Program-made: the position numbers and the translations under genes
Shown here: piece by piece, positions 13,101 through 26,100 of the stretch
How the letters are laid out: every line of letters begins with the position of its first letter
How positions within the stretch are numbered: the stretch's first letter is position 1
From: Oculina patagonica
Taxonomy: Eukaryota
DNA length: 64,000 nucleotides
Direction of reading: 5' to 3'
NCBI RefSeq assembly: GCF_052425735.1
Contig: NC_135765.1
Coordinates: 16,368,001-16,432,000, forward strand
Notes under the pieces: generated by a model
Databases searched by the model: none
The model's input: only the letters and a program-made list of their open reading frames with translations
Told to the model about the DNA's origin: nothing

Positions 13101-14130
13101 TAACGTTATCGCAATGTTTTTATTGGTTAGTTGCATAAACACACGTAACCACCTATTGTAAATTTGTCAGGTTTTGTGCATTGTCATCCCCCAAAATAGC
13201 GAAAAAAACTTACTCTTAAGTACTTTTCCAGGCGTCATAACCATTTCCCTCTATTAACTATGATATAATTGATATTTGTGGCCCTCTACGAAGGAAACAG
13301 GGAAAAACGTAAACAATAGGCAGTGTGCGAAATGATACGCCAGCTTCAGAGCAGTGAATACAGTTATTTATACCAGGCGTGTAATCTTGATATAAAAGAA
13401 TCGTGTACCGGACCGGAATGTAGCAAGAATTGAATTGGCGGCGGCGTGAAGACGTAAGTCGCGGCCGTCCGCCAAAGTTTGTTACCATATCGTGGTAAAT
13501 GGCCGATTTAGTCGCGTTATCTCTAAACAAAAAGGAAAACTAGGTCACTAAAGCCTTCGGACGAGTTATCTCTCTCGCCAGATTTGAAGAAAACTTAGCA
13601 ATTCACCTAAAAATATAACTAAAAATATAACATCCCGCGAAAACTTCACCGGCAAAAATTCGAGTGTTTTCTGGTTCACATTTCCTCTTGAAGATCGCCA
13701 TGGAAGTGATACCAAAAAAAAGTTATTCCACGCTTGGCAGGCGGGAGAACTTTTTAACCCATTGCTTGAGAACATTCATGGATAATAGGTCATAATAACA
13801 AGCCCGTTCCCGTCTAATTTGCATATTCGTGTCTACGTGCTTGTTCCACTTGACTGCGCATTATCTAACACCTAGCGTAGCGTTTGCTTTCCCATCTCAA
13901 GTCAATGCATGAGTGTAGTGTAAACACTACACTAAAAATCCAAATAATTCTCGGTTTCTGATATAGAAACAATTGTATGTAAATGGAAAGTGTGTAACAA
14001 CGAGGAGCCCAGGCTTCTGCTAAAAGCTCTATATCTTGCTAGATTTGCACGTTTTGTGTACGACGGCTTATAGCTGCTTTTAGAGTTGTGGTTTGTGACG
14101 TACACAGCGTAGCGGAAAACAGGAAACTGA

Positions 14131-14138
14131 TGACGTCA
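14131..14138 (+). promoter_or_regulatory. Palindromic CRE/ATF motif just upstream of the gene A start codon
   Basis: TGACGTCA 16 nt before the ATG; the same 8-mer lies upstream of gene C (60920-60927). Function unproven. Confidence 0.3.
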
Positions 14139-14154
14139 CTGCCTTTCCAACGCA

Positions 14155-17100
14155 ATGGAGGTAGATTTGGGTGTAAGGAAAGCTGTTGTATTTCTAGCAT
14201 TCTTACTGTTCACAGCTTGTAAGGGAATTCAGGAAGATGTGGTTGATGAGTCAAGAGTGAAGCACCTATTTGTGCAGAGGGATAAACCACTGCCAGGCTC
14301 TCCGAAGAAGCTGTACAAGATAGAACACGAAGAGAAGTCTCTGGCTGGTGGCGGACACAACGTTCGCGAGCTGTTTGGTCGATTTAGACGATCGCTAAAC
14401 CCGGTCATGAAGTCAGCTGATATGAGGCCTGAAGCTGTTGTGGTAAGACTTGATGTTGTTGTTTAAAAGATGAAAAGTTTTCTGTAATTGCCTCCGATCG
14501 CGATGAACATAATAAAAGCAAAAGTTTCTTTTATGATATTCATGCAAATTTAATAGACTCAAGCTCTTGACTTTCTTCCGCGTTGGATACTATTTCGCTG
14601 TTAGGCGTATTTTGGTTTTCAGATGCATCATTCACATTATATTTTTAGCTAAATAGTTGTTTTAGTTTCTGTATCTTTTATACTTTACTAGTTCTTGACT
14701 CTCGAAAGCAGGTCGCACACTAGAAAGTGAAATAAAATTAATTTGAAAACTAACACGCATTTGAACTTCCGGCTGATTTTATTACTAGGGACAAAACATT
14801 ATTGGGAACTGCGTTCTGAAAAGTTACTGTTTAATTAAAATTCGTGTATCCAAGATAAATTCTACTCGGTCTTTTATTTAGAAATCTAGCAATGAATTCA
14901 CCGGCTAGTTTTGTCTTTGAAGCTTGTTTTTCAATTAATATATAACATTGCGGGCTTCCTGTGGAAATAGTTTATCACACGACTTTAAGGGACTAAGTCA
15001 CGGTATTTAATTTAGAGCTTAAAGAGCTCTAAACTTCAAATTGGCAGAGCAAAAGTCTTTTATTGGTAAAAGCACGACCACATAACAAACAAGGATGATT
15101 TTCAAGCATTGTTAATGACATTTCATACGAATTGAGCTTAACTTGAAAATGTCGGACCGACGTTTTTCAAGTCTACCCGGACGCAATCCGTTTTAATATT
15201 CTCGAATTGTGTCCATCCATGCCCCTTTTTGGCCTTTGTGTGATTTTTTTGAATTATTCTACAGTTTTAAGTCGTTACTGTCATATTTCAGTTAATTCTA
15301 CGACCAGTTGGTCAGTGCTGAAATTGGATAAAATTGTGTGCCATAGCCCCTTTAAAGACACCTGAGAGGGCCAAAAACAAATACAGCTTATATCAGCTTA
15401 TCAGAATGCTTTATAGTCGGTCAGATACCTCTAAGTATTGAACCGGAAATAATTCTACTTTTTTTATCACAACGTCGTGCTAGCTTACACGACACTGTCG
15501 AGCAGAGGGTTTCACCCGCAAAAATTTCCTGCACAAGCAATGGGCCTAAAAAAAAGTTCGTGGAAGCTGAAAATGGTCCGTCCCAAAAAACGTCTGCGTG
15601 AGAGGCTACGTAAAAGTAGGTACAAAAAAATAATAAAATGCAAAAACTGTATCGACGCGAGTTATCTAAAAGAGTTTGATGCATTACCACAAACAGTGAT
15701 CTGCCATATAACGATGACGTAATTTCATAAACTTCCAAATATCTCTGATAACGTTTAGAAGAATCGGTGGCCAAAATTTTGCGCAGTAACGCTTATTATA
15801 AAATACCTGAGATTTTTGTGCGTATGTTTTCCACTGAAAAGCTATTTTTGTGTCGGATCGTTGTCAGGGTATAGAGAACAGATATGATGTCAGATCACAG
15901 GTATTCCTAGCCAAGCGGAGCATTTTCAGTCGAATTGTTTGCGAAAAATGAGCTTTTTCGTGCATTTTTGAGCAGACGTCGACCAACCCGAACAATGTAA
16001 GCTATTGGAGAAAGGTATGCGCTTATGGCCGCTTTAATTTTTGAGTGAATTTGAGGCTAAACATTTTTGTCGAGGATTTGTTTTCCTTAGAACTGTCAGA
16101 CGAGACAGCGAGCGCAAGGAAAACCTGCGGTCGTGGCAGACGCTTTGATTTCTTCAGTCATTTTCGCCTGGCTTCCTGTATGAATTCAATAAAATTTAAA
16201 AAAGAAGTAAATTGCTTATTTTAGTGTAAGTTTTTTCTAATAAGTTTCGAAGACGTATGGCTTTTAGCAGTTTGATACTTTGACATTAGAAACATAGAAA
16301 CGTTTGGAAAACAAAACATTATTGGGAACTGCGTTGTCTGGAAAGTTTATGTTTAATTTAAGTTCATATCTTCAAGATATACTTTAGTTGCTCTTTCATT
16401 TGGAAGCCTACGTAATGAAAGGCTAGTTTTGTCTCGTAAAGCTTTTTTCCAATTAAATAACATGCTTTATTTTTTTCCAAGAGGGCACGGTAACGAATCC
16501 TGCAATCTGATTGGTTCTTAGCGCGGGCAAGATTCTCCTATCTCTGCCCGCTTCCACGGGCCACGGTAACGCTTTCGTGAGTTTAATTTCGCGGCGAGAC
16601 GAACTAGTCCATGACAGTTTTGCTCTCCAAAATCGATGTTGTTGCTCACCAACCGTTGTTAAATTTGTATGGGAAAATTAGCAGTGGATTTAAAGGCCTT
16701 GAAGTTCTCCAAAAGGCGAGTATTCATGATCTTTATTGACAAAATGAAGTTATAGTTTTATGGTCGTGGTTTGTCGATCGATGTTTGTGCATTTGCACTG
16801 ATTTATCACGCCATTGCGGTTAACTGCAAGTCGGCGGGTATACAGACTCGATTTATCCGTTCAAACACCTTGCTTTTCTGCTACTTTTCTCCAAAAACGG
16901 ATACTGCTTATCGCCATTCAAGAAAATGAGATGCTTTATTAAAAAAACGGTCAAATTAGTTCTTGCAATATTGTGCCGTGTGTAGGCGACCAAACTACAC
17001 ATTTCAGCTTCATTCAGTTTCACTTTCGCAAACTTTTTATCAAAACAGAATACTGCGGGAATGAACACAGAGGTTTTTGACTCGTTACATACAAATGTAA

Positions 17101-20100
17101 ATAGCTGGAAAATATGTGTTGTAAGTGCTTTCCAGTCCGAAAAGTAAGTTTAATTAACTGAAAGAACTCACAAGCCGAAATGGATTTCAAAGTGTTTCGC
17201 GACTCGCTGATTTTTTATGCTCTGTTTTGGTTCTACATTGTGCTTTTTATTATTTCAGATGCTTTTTTCTTGCTTTTCTGATGAACTTTTCCTTGAGTAC
17301 TGTTCATTTTAGCGAATTTAATTTGTTTGGCAGTAAGCTCTTTAATATAGCAGTGAATATAGCAAACGAATCATTCTTCACTCTTGCCGTAGACTCACTA
17401 GGATGCGCGCGGATAATACAAACACATTTTGCAAGAAAATCTTTGTAGGTTTTTTTTTAATCAAACACGTTAGAGGTAGGAAAAAAATAAATAAGTTATT
17501 TACCGGCTTAGGGTCAGTCCGTACAGTGAAAAACTGTGACCTCGGCCAGCCGGACCTCCCAGCCGGCAAATAACATATATTTATGGTCGGTCCAGTATTC
17601 TCTAAGTATTGGACCGGGAATAATTTCTACTACTCTTTGATCATAAAGTCGTGCAATAAATCCCTTGCACGACACAAGCTTGCACGACACTACTGGAAAC
17701 ACTGGCTCTTAATTGGTCAATTGGTTAATATGATATCAGATGTTCATGTTTATAGGTCCTAGAGTATACCCTGTATCCATCGCTCAGGACACTATGTATT
17801 TATTCAAAGAGTTTTATTTCTTCAGTAATCTTCGCCTGGCTTCCTGTATGAATTCAATAAAATTTAAAAAGAGGTAAATTGCTTATTTCAGTGTAAGTTT
17901 TTTCTAATAAGTTTCGAAGACGTATCGCTTTTAGCAGTTTGACATTTTCCTTGCAGTCGCAATTGTACTAGCAATGACATTCGATTTAATTAATGAAAAC
18001 TTCGCCTTTGAGATATTTTGAGCCACGTTTTAAGATTGTAGTAACCTAACTCTTTTGCATTCTTATCACGTAGCCATTTCACAAAAGGAATAAAACCTCC
18101 GTTCTTATGATCTTTAAAATGTTGTCATTCTGTCGAGTACTACAAGCTATAACTTCTAAACTTTGAATATACTGAAGCATTTTAACATCGCAAACAAAAT
18201 CTACTCCCAACAACAGAATACTGGTAAATGGGAAGACGGAAAGGTGATGGACATTTTGCACAAAAAAGTAGAAGTGATCTATCCCCTTAGAGATAACGAT
18301 CGTTCCATTGAAAAGTCTAAAGACATTTCAATATTATGAGTCGACTGACTTTGAGGAAAAGATAGATGGCATGTATCTTTGCTGGAAGTAAAGGTGTCTT
18401 AAAATAACGATGCTGTGAAATAGTGTGATTTTAATTAACAATGACGTAAATTAAGGTGCATAAAATTAACGCGAATTTTTGAAATTCGCGTTAATAACAT
18501 GCATCGAAAAAAGAGGGGATAAGGGATCTCCTTGTCTGACGCCCCGGCCAACACGGAAGTAGCTTATTGTAAATCCATATTTATGACGCTACTTGAAACA
18601 TTTGCGTAGGAGATCCGAATCCACTGAATGAAGGATGGTCCGAAATTGAATGAGTGAAGGATCTTTAGAAGGAATCTCTGGTCCAAACTAAAGAAACAAG
18701 ATTTTTTAAAATCAATTGTCATGGAAGATCCGAAATAATTGCGGAGCTGAACATAATATACAGTACTGTATTCAAGTCAGGGAGAGCTTACCATACCTTA
18801 CCATACCATACCATACCATACCATGCCATGCTTATTAATCGTGTAATAACATAAACTGATCTATGTGTATTTTGGGATATTCTGGTGAATTTCAAGCCTA
18901 CTCCTGATTTAATTAACATGAGCCCCTGGCTCGGGAGACTGGGCAACCACTCCCAACGTTTACGACTTTAAACAAATACCATACCATACCATACAATACC
19001 ACACCACACCATACCATACCACACCATACCATACCATACCATACCATACCATACCATACCATACCATACCATACCATACCATACCATACCATACCATACC
19101 ATACCATACCATACCCATGACGAGCTTCAGTCGGGAAAAAAATCGCAGCATGCATTTTCTCGAGGCGTTATAATACGCAAATCATTTCTGTCAGCAACAT
19201 GAAGAGTTTTATCACCACGCGTAGTTAGCGTGTGATCATCACGTACAATAGGTCAGGTTTCATTTTAAGCGGCGAAATAAATTATAATGTTTTGCGGGAA
19301 ACTCGTGTGGCGGCAAATCATGAGGATTTAATGCTGTACTCGATGTTGCATTAAGATTCGATTTCGGGAGATAAAATGCTGTTCAAGTGTGAGTTTTCGC
19401 TTTACAAGAAGACAGTCACAGCTAACAGATTGATTGAAAACAAAGGCTTGTTCTGGCGAAGTCAACGAGTACACCGACTTGACATCGAACCGTTGCATAA
19501 CATCCATCGAGAACGGCTCTGCCTTTCTAGGCTTTCTAAACGTCTCGAGATCTCGCAGATAGAGTACGCGAAATGAGCTATTTTGTCTTCGGTAGTGCAG
19601 GTTCCTTTTTCCCTGAGCTGCAAAAGCACGCGCTCCTAAAAGCGGCTCGCATGCAACAAGAAAATGATGTTTCAGTCGCGTTTGATGATTTGGGTTCAGG
19701 CATCATGGATCATTTCTTATTGACCTTATTGGAATCGATCATGAGTCAGGCGGATTCCAGGTAAGTCTGTTCCATATATTTTTACCGCCGAGAAGGTTAT
19801 TCACAAAGTGTAAGAAAAGAAACGTTTACCGCTCATGAGTAACGGCAAATGAAAATAATTCATTAAAAAGAATTAAACGAAGCTTCAACTTACTACTCCC
19901 CTCCATTAGCTACAGTAACAGTTACAGTTAATTGGCAAACGTTATTGATTTTTAAATCAATTCAATTCTGGGGCTAGCAATACCTGCAGGATAACAGTTT
20001 CATAACTGATAACTTGCGCAAATATTGCTTTAATCAATCCTTTACTGTCTAGGGTAGCAATACCTGATGGTAAAAGTTTAACAACTTGCGAGAATATTGC

Positions 20101-23100
20101 TTTAATCAAGCCTTTACTGTCTGGGGTAGCAATACCTGATGGTAAAAGTTTAACAACTTGCGAGAATATTGCTTTAATCAAGCCTTTACTGTCTGGGGTA
20201 GCAATACCTGATGGTAAAAGTTTAACACCGTGCGAGAATATTGCTTTAATGAAGCCTTTACTGTCTGGGGTAGCAATACCTGATGGTAAAAGTTTAACAA
20301 CTTGCGAGAATATTGCTTTAATCAAGCCTTTTCTATCTGGGGTAGCAGATACCTGATGGTAAAAGTTTAACACCGTGCGAGAATATTGCTTTAATGAAGC
20401 CTTTACTGTCTGGGGTAGCAGATACCTGATGGTAAAAGTTTAACAACTTGTGAGAATATTGCTTTAATCAATCCTGTACTGTCTGGGGTAGAAACAAATC
20501 GTCCCAATTTGAAGTTCTTTTAGTATAGACGCTGGATAAAATACTGTACTTTGTTGTCCAGCAGTAAAGACAGCTAAATTTTGCCAGTCGTTCCTATTTG
20601 TTATTGTTTGTTTAGTACTTTTACCGGGAAATTAATATGGGATTTGTCACAGATTTTTAGGTTTAGTTGAGCTTGCTACAGCAGTGGAAAGCGTTCGAGC
20701 GATAATATTAATTCACGGTATATCGTTTTTCCTTGCCTTAGCCTTATTATATCTTGGTGCTGAAGAAAGGAGTTCATGCTAATGTCCGCCCAAAAAACTA
20801 TTATATTTGCCGTTTTGCGAAAAAAGAAGAAGCCGGCGCAGATTAACTTTAATTGTGAAAAAGCGCGTGCATTGTTGCCGTAGAAGCGCATTTAAAATAA
20901 GTTTGCATTTTGTCGAAACGGAGATCTATAAACATGACAGCTTTATCGGCTTTACGTACGAGTTTATATTCTTCGAATTTGTGATGTTTCTCCGATCCTC
21001 CTGCGAATAAAACACCGCCAGCTGTATTCGGTCCACTTATTGAGGAGCTAAAATTACCTTTTTACCCTGTAATGAATTGTAACCATCTGTCAGCAAAGAT
21101 ATTTCTTGGGGCGCACAACTAATTAAAATAACACTTTGGTTCTTCTGGTTATTCTGCGAGGTGCTAAATAACTTGATCGAGTTACGTATGCAAATGAGCT
21201 GAGTGTGCATTGAGTGCACACTCAGCTCATTTGCATAATCGGTTTTTGCTGGTCAAAGATCGTCATGATACCATACCCTACCCTACCCTACCATACCATA
21301 CCATACCATACCATACCATACCATACCATACCATACCATACCATACCATACCATACCATACCATACCATACCATACCACACCATACCACACCACACCATA
21401 CCACACCATACCACACCATACCNNNNNNNNNNNNNNNNNNNNNNNNNNNNNNNNNNNNNNNNNNNNNNNNNNNNNNNNNNNNNNNNNNNNNNNNNNNNNN
21501 NNNNNNNNNNNNNNNNNNNNNNNNNNNNNNNNNNNNNNNNNNNNNNNNNNNNNNNNNNNNNNNNNNNNNNNNNNNNNNNNNNNNNNNNNNNNNNNNNNNN
21601 NNNNNNNNNNNNNNNNNNNNNNNNNNNNNNNNNNNNNNNNNNNNNNNNNNNNNNNNNNNNNNNNNATAAAATAAACTGATGTATGTGTATTTTGGGATAT
21701 TCTGGCGAATTTCAAGCCTACTCCTAATTAAATTAAGCGTTTTGTGCATCAGGGCACTACATATACATCAAATGTTATCGATGCGGCCTAGTGTTTGAGA
21801 TAGTGGGATTTTGCTTTACAATTATTTTACTGTTATACATGTTTTTTTCTAGCTGCAGGCCTACAGTGTTGATGGTGGTGGTGAGTTTTCTGCTCCTCAG
21901 GAAAAACTACCACAGCGGCCAACAGGTATGGCGGAGTTTGGTATGCTGTGTAATGTATTAGATCAAGTTAACCCTATAAACTAATTTGTGCAAATTGTAT
22001 GATATGATATTTAGGGTAATATTGTAATTAATTTAATTTTAAAGAAGTATTTTGGTTTCGTAGAAATAAAGATGTAAATAAATTACAGAAAGCTTTAGAC
22101 ACACGTCTCTGAAATGAAAGAAAAATTACATGCCCCGAGCAGGATTCGAACCAGCGTCTCCCTGTTACTAGTCAAGACAAGGTATTCGCTGGCCAGTATC
22201 ACATGACCAAATCGCGGGCTCAGGTGTACACCTCATCGAGATCATGTGTTTTTTTAAGGCAGACCGCTGATCAAGTTACTTTTTACCATTGTATCACGGG
22301 CTCAAATCTTACTTTTTTGCCTAATGAAGTAGGATTTTGTGAGCACCATTTCTTCGATTGGAGTTGACTTCTTTCGGCTATGGATCTTTCTTGAGCAGTA
22401 TACGTTTAATAATTTTAAAAACAGTATTTTTTAAAAAGTAGTCTTTTCAATGAGAGCATTTTCGAAAATAAGTGTGGAGCTCCGCTTTTAGGCTTGTCTA
22501 AATTTTTAATGTGTCAATGCTTGACACATTGGACATGTGAGAAAAAGAAATGCCCACATGACCAGTCAATGGAAATCATTGATTGAAAGTCAATCGATAA
22601 ACCAATATCACTGAAGATTATTAGTTGATGGTGATTAATATCAACCAATCAGTAGTAAATCAATAGATTCAAGTAAAATATTCTTACACCGATTGGGGTC
22701 AACTGCTGGCCATTGTTGTTGGTCACTACCGATTGTTATAATCCATCAAATATTTTTCACGTTGTGATTGTCTAAACATGTCATGTGATGCAGCCAAAAC
22801 TGGGGAATATCACCTGATATTCCCCAGTTTTCAAACTTTGCATTTTGCATTCGCACCTCTAGTTTTCATCCTGAGCAAATTGTTTAACTGGATTAAGAAC
22901 TGAACATTTTGAACAAGCTAATAATATTAACTTTTGAACACAGACAAAATTACTTTGACGTTTAAAAACTCTTGAAAAAGATCATTCCCAAAATCAGCAG
23001 CCTTATGTAAAAATATTTAAATGGTAATAAACACAATAGCCCCCATTGCCTTCAAAATTATGCAGTGACCTTTATCCTTGGGCATTATCTGTTCCCCCCA

Positions 23101-26100
23101 AGATCACAGTTTAGTGTTGTCACAACTTTTAGTGCTCTCAAGCAGACACTTGCAGGTAGCATATCTCTTGTCCAGATTGTGATGAGCTTTTACCAGGGTC
23201 AGCAGCAATTTCTGTTCCCTTCACTATTCACCTTTTTCAAACAATCGAAAATAGATCCAAAATTATCATAGGAACGAATTATCGGTAGGTTTATGATAAT
23301 TATACGTGTATAATGATGTGTATTATTGATTGTGTGCCAATGCTTTAATGTTTATAACAGAAAGTGCTCCTGAAGATGTGAAGGCAACTCCATTGAACAA
23401 CACAGCCATAAAACTAACTTGGAATCCACCAAAGAATGGTCCGACAGGTCAAATTGTAAGTTGCAATGATTTTAAAATGGCTTGATATCAGGCTTACAGT
23501 TACTTATAGACACAGCAACTCGAATTCTGTTGTTCTTATTGACTAAGCAGATTGAAGCACAAATTGAAGTAAAAACCACTCAATCACTAAATACACTCAA
23601 ATGTCATGGCCATTACACATAAAAGCATAATACTTACAGCATCATGGAGAGGGACGCTGTGACCTAGGGGGTGTGTGTTGGACTCTAGATTTAGAAGCCT
23701 GGATTTAAGCCTTTGCTTGGGTCATTGTCTGTTCTTGAACAAGGCACTCAGTGCTTAATAACATAACAATTTATTAGTATTATAATACTAGAACTAGTTT
23801 CTGGCCTTAACAAACATGATAAGTTAATGCAACATAGTGACCTGAGAAGACAAAAACATGCTTAAATCATTGTTAGTCTACATAACTGTTGGTGTTTATA
23901 ATAGTAGAGGCTAAAATTGTGGACAAAAATTCGTGGTTTACTCCCAAAACGTAAACGCCATATTCTCTTTGGCCTCCTTTTTGCCATTTGCCTGCTGTTG
24001 AATCTTGCCCAACTTTGTACCCTTCGAAGAGACCGATGTGTGTAAGGGGAAAATATCTCCCAGTTTTTTCATCTGTCAGCATGTTAAAACTGTTTTAAAA
24101 TACTTAGAACCATCGTTTTCTATATATTTTCTCTTTCCTTTTCTATACAGATTTACTACATCTACTATGGAATCTTAACAAGTGGAGTCAGTTCTCGGCC
24201 CGTAGGTCACACAACAGCTAAAACATTTGTGGTCGGCCACTTGCTACCGGACGTTGTTTATGTGTTTGAGGTGTCAGCGGGTTTGACAGGGCGGCACAGT
24301 GATGCAGTCAATTCCAAGGCAAAATTTGGTTTGTAGTTTTATCATACAGTTGGCTGCATTGCTTTAACCTATTCAGCATAACTGTGATTATTCCCGATAG
24401 GCAAAATCACATTTGACTTAAAAGTGCTACTCGATTCTGATTGCTCAGAGCAGCACTTTCCCCTGCTGGACTTACTCTAGATATCCCGTTCGGCAGTGAT
24501 GTACATCACACATATTAATCACAACTCGTACAAAACGGTGATGTGAATCCCTATACAATTACCATAACAAAATGGTTTGTAAAAAGAAAAAGGATGATAA
24601 TACTGTAGGATTCCGACTTTATGTCCTATGATTTTCTTTTGATTTCCGTGGTTCTGTTTTTATTTTGGTTTAAGTGGAATTTCAGAATTTTCAACACTAC
24701 CGAAAGGCTGCTTGACATATTAGAAATTTGGTTGTGACAGCTATTTATCTGCCAACAGCAGAAAGTTATAAATCACCGAAAAACAAGTGTGTGAAGAATG
24801 TTATCTATAGCAGACCATGAGAAGGCAGCCAATTAGTTTTCCTTGTACATGGAAAACTTCTTGGTGACATTAACAAAATTCATTGTTGACATCTAGTTTT
24901 TTCCTAGTCTGTGAGATGGTTGTTGACAACTAAGCCATCATCAGTATTTGTGGCCAGCAGTTTTAGTCCAGAACACATACTCTGACGTGTACAACCTACA
25001 GTAGTTACCAAGATCTCACATAAGATAATACTTCGTTGCATGTATCGAATACTTTGGCTTCTAGTGTGTGAATAAGCTCTATTGAGCACTTATACAGTAG
25101 TTGTGGATTCAGTTTTACGTTGACAATTAAATCTCTAGTCGTTCAGCTCTTAGTGGAGGGAGAGACCAGCGTCGGTTTTTCCTCTGCTGTAGTCAATAAG
25201 TATTTGTTATTAACTCATTAATTTCTTGTTTTTTGTGTAGATGCTGATAACGAGCCTGTCCACAGTCTGAAGGCTGTCGTTGTCAATTCGAGTAGTATTG
25301 TTCTTACTTGGAAACAGCCAGAGGGTATATCTCTTAGTAGCATCCAAGTATGTATCATCACTCTTTCAATCTAAAAATCAATTTTAATACAAACCATAGT
25401 CAATGGCATGTAATACGATTGAATACGATATGCGTGAGGATGACTCACATAGTGAGTGACTCATCAAATGTGTGCTGCATCACTCCTCTATCCTTCACTC
25501 CAGTTATCAGACCCTGTTAGACATTTTTCTAATCTGCTGACTAGTGTATAGCGCTTGTGAATGTATTGTGAATTCTACCATTTTAATGAAAGCTTATGGC
25601 CAGCACTTTCAATTGTAACTATTTTTTTATTCCCTTCAAGATGGATCTTAGTTTATAGGTTGTGGAATGAACCCTTGGGTCAAACCACTTGAATTAATGG
25701 TGCTTCCTTTAATGTTTTTCAGAACTACCAGGTTAAGCAGTCATTCAAAGACGAGCCTGGTGGTATGAACACAGTCACCAAAAACACTAAAGGCAAGGAA
25801 ACTACCTACACATTCAGATACCTCCAATTTACCACCAACTACACTTTTGAGGTGAGGACAAAATTGGTTAAAGGAGACCTTGGCAAGGATGTCAGCATTA
25901 TCAAAAGAACTGGCCCGTTCTCAGCATCTGTAGGGCCTTTGAGGAAAAAAATTCAAGACAACACAGTCATACTGTCTTGGTCTGCGCCATGGACAATTGA
26001 TTTAAATAAGGATTTGAAGGTAAATTTTGTGCATGTTTTTTAATTTCTCGTCAGTAAGGCATTAATGTGGTTTCAATAATAAATATAATAAATAACAACT

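Noticed and set aside
17950-18300. Acceptor-like sites in gene A intron 1 checked for remnant VPS10P exons
   Set aside because: Phase-0 frames close quickly and show no recognisable VPS10P motif.
18913-21749. MVWYG/YHTIP repeat ORFs and the 24-aa repeat ORF 19957-20373
   Set aside because: Translations of micro/minisatellites and N runs.
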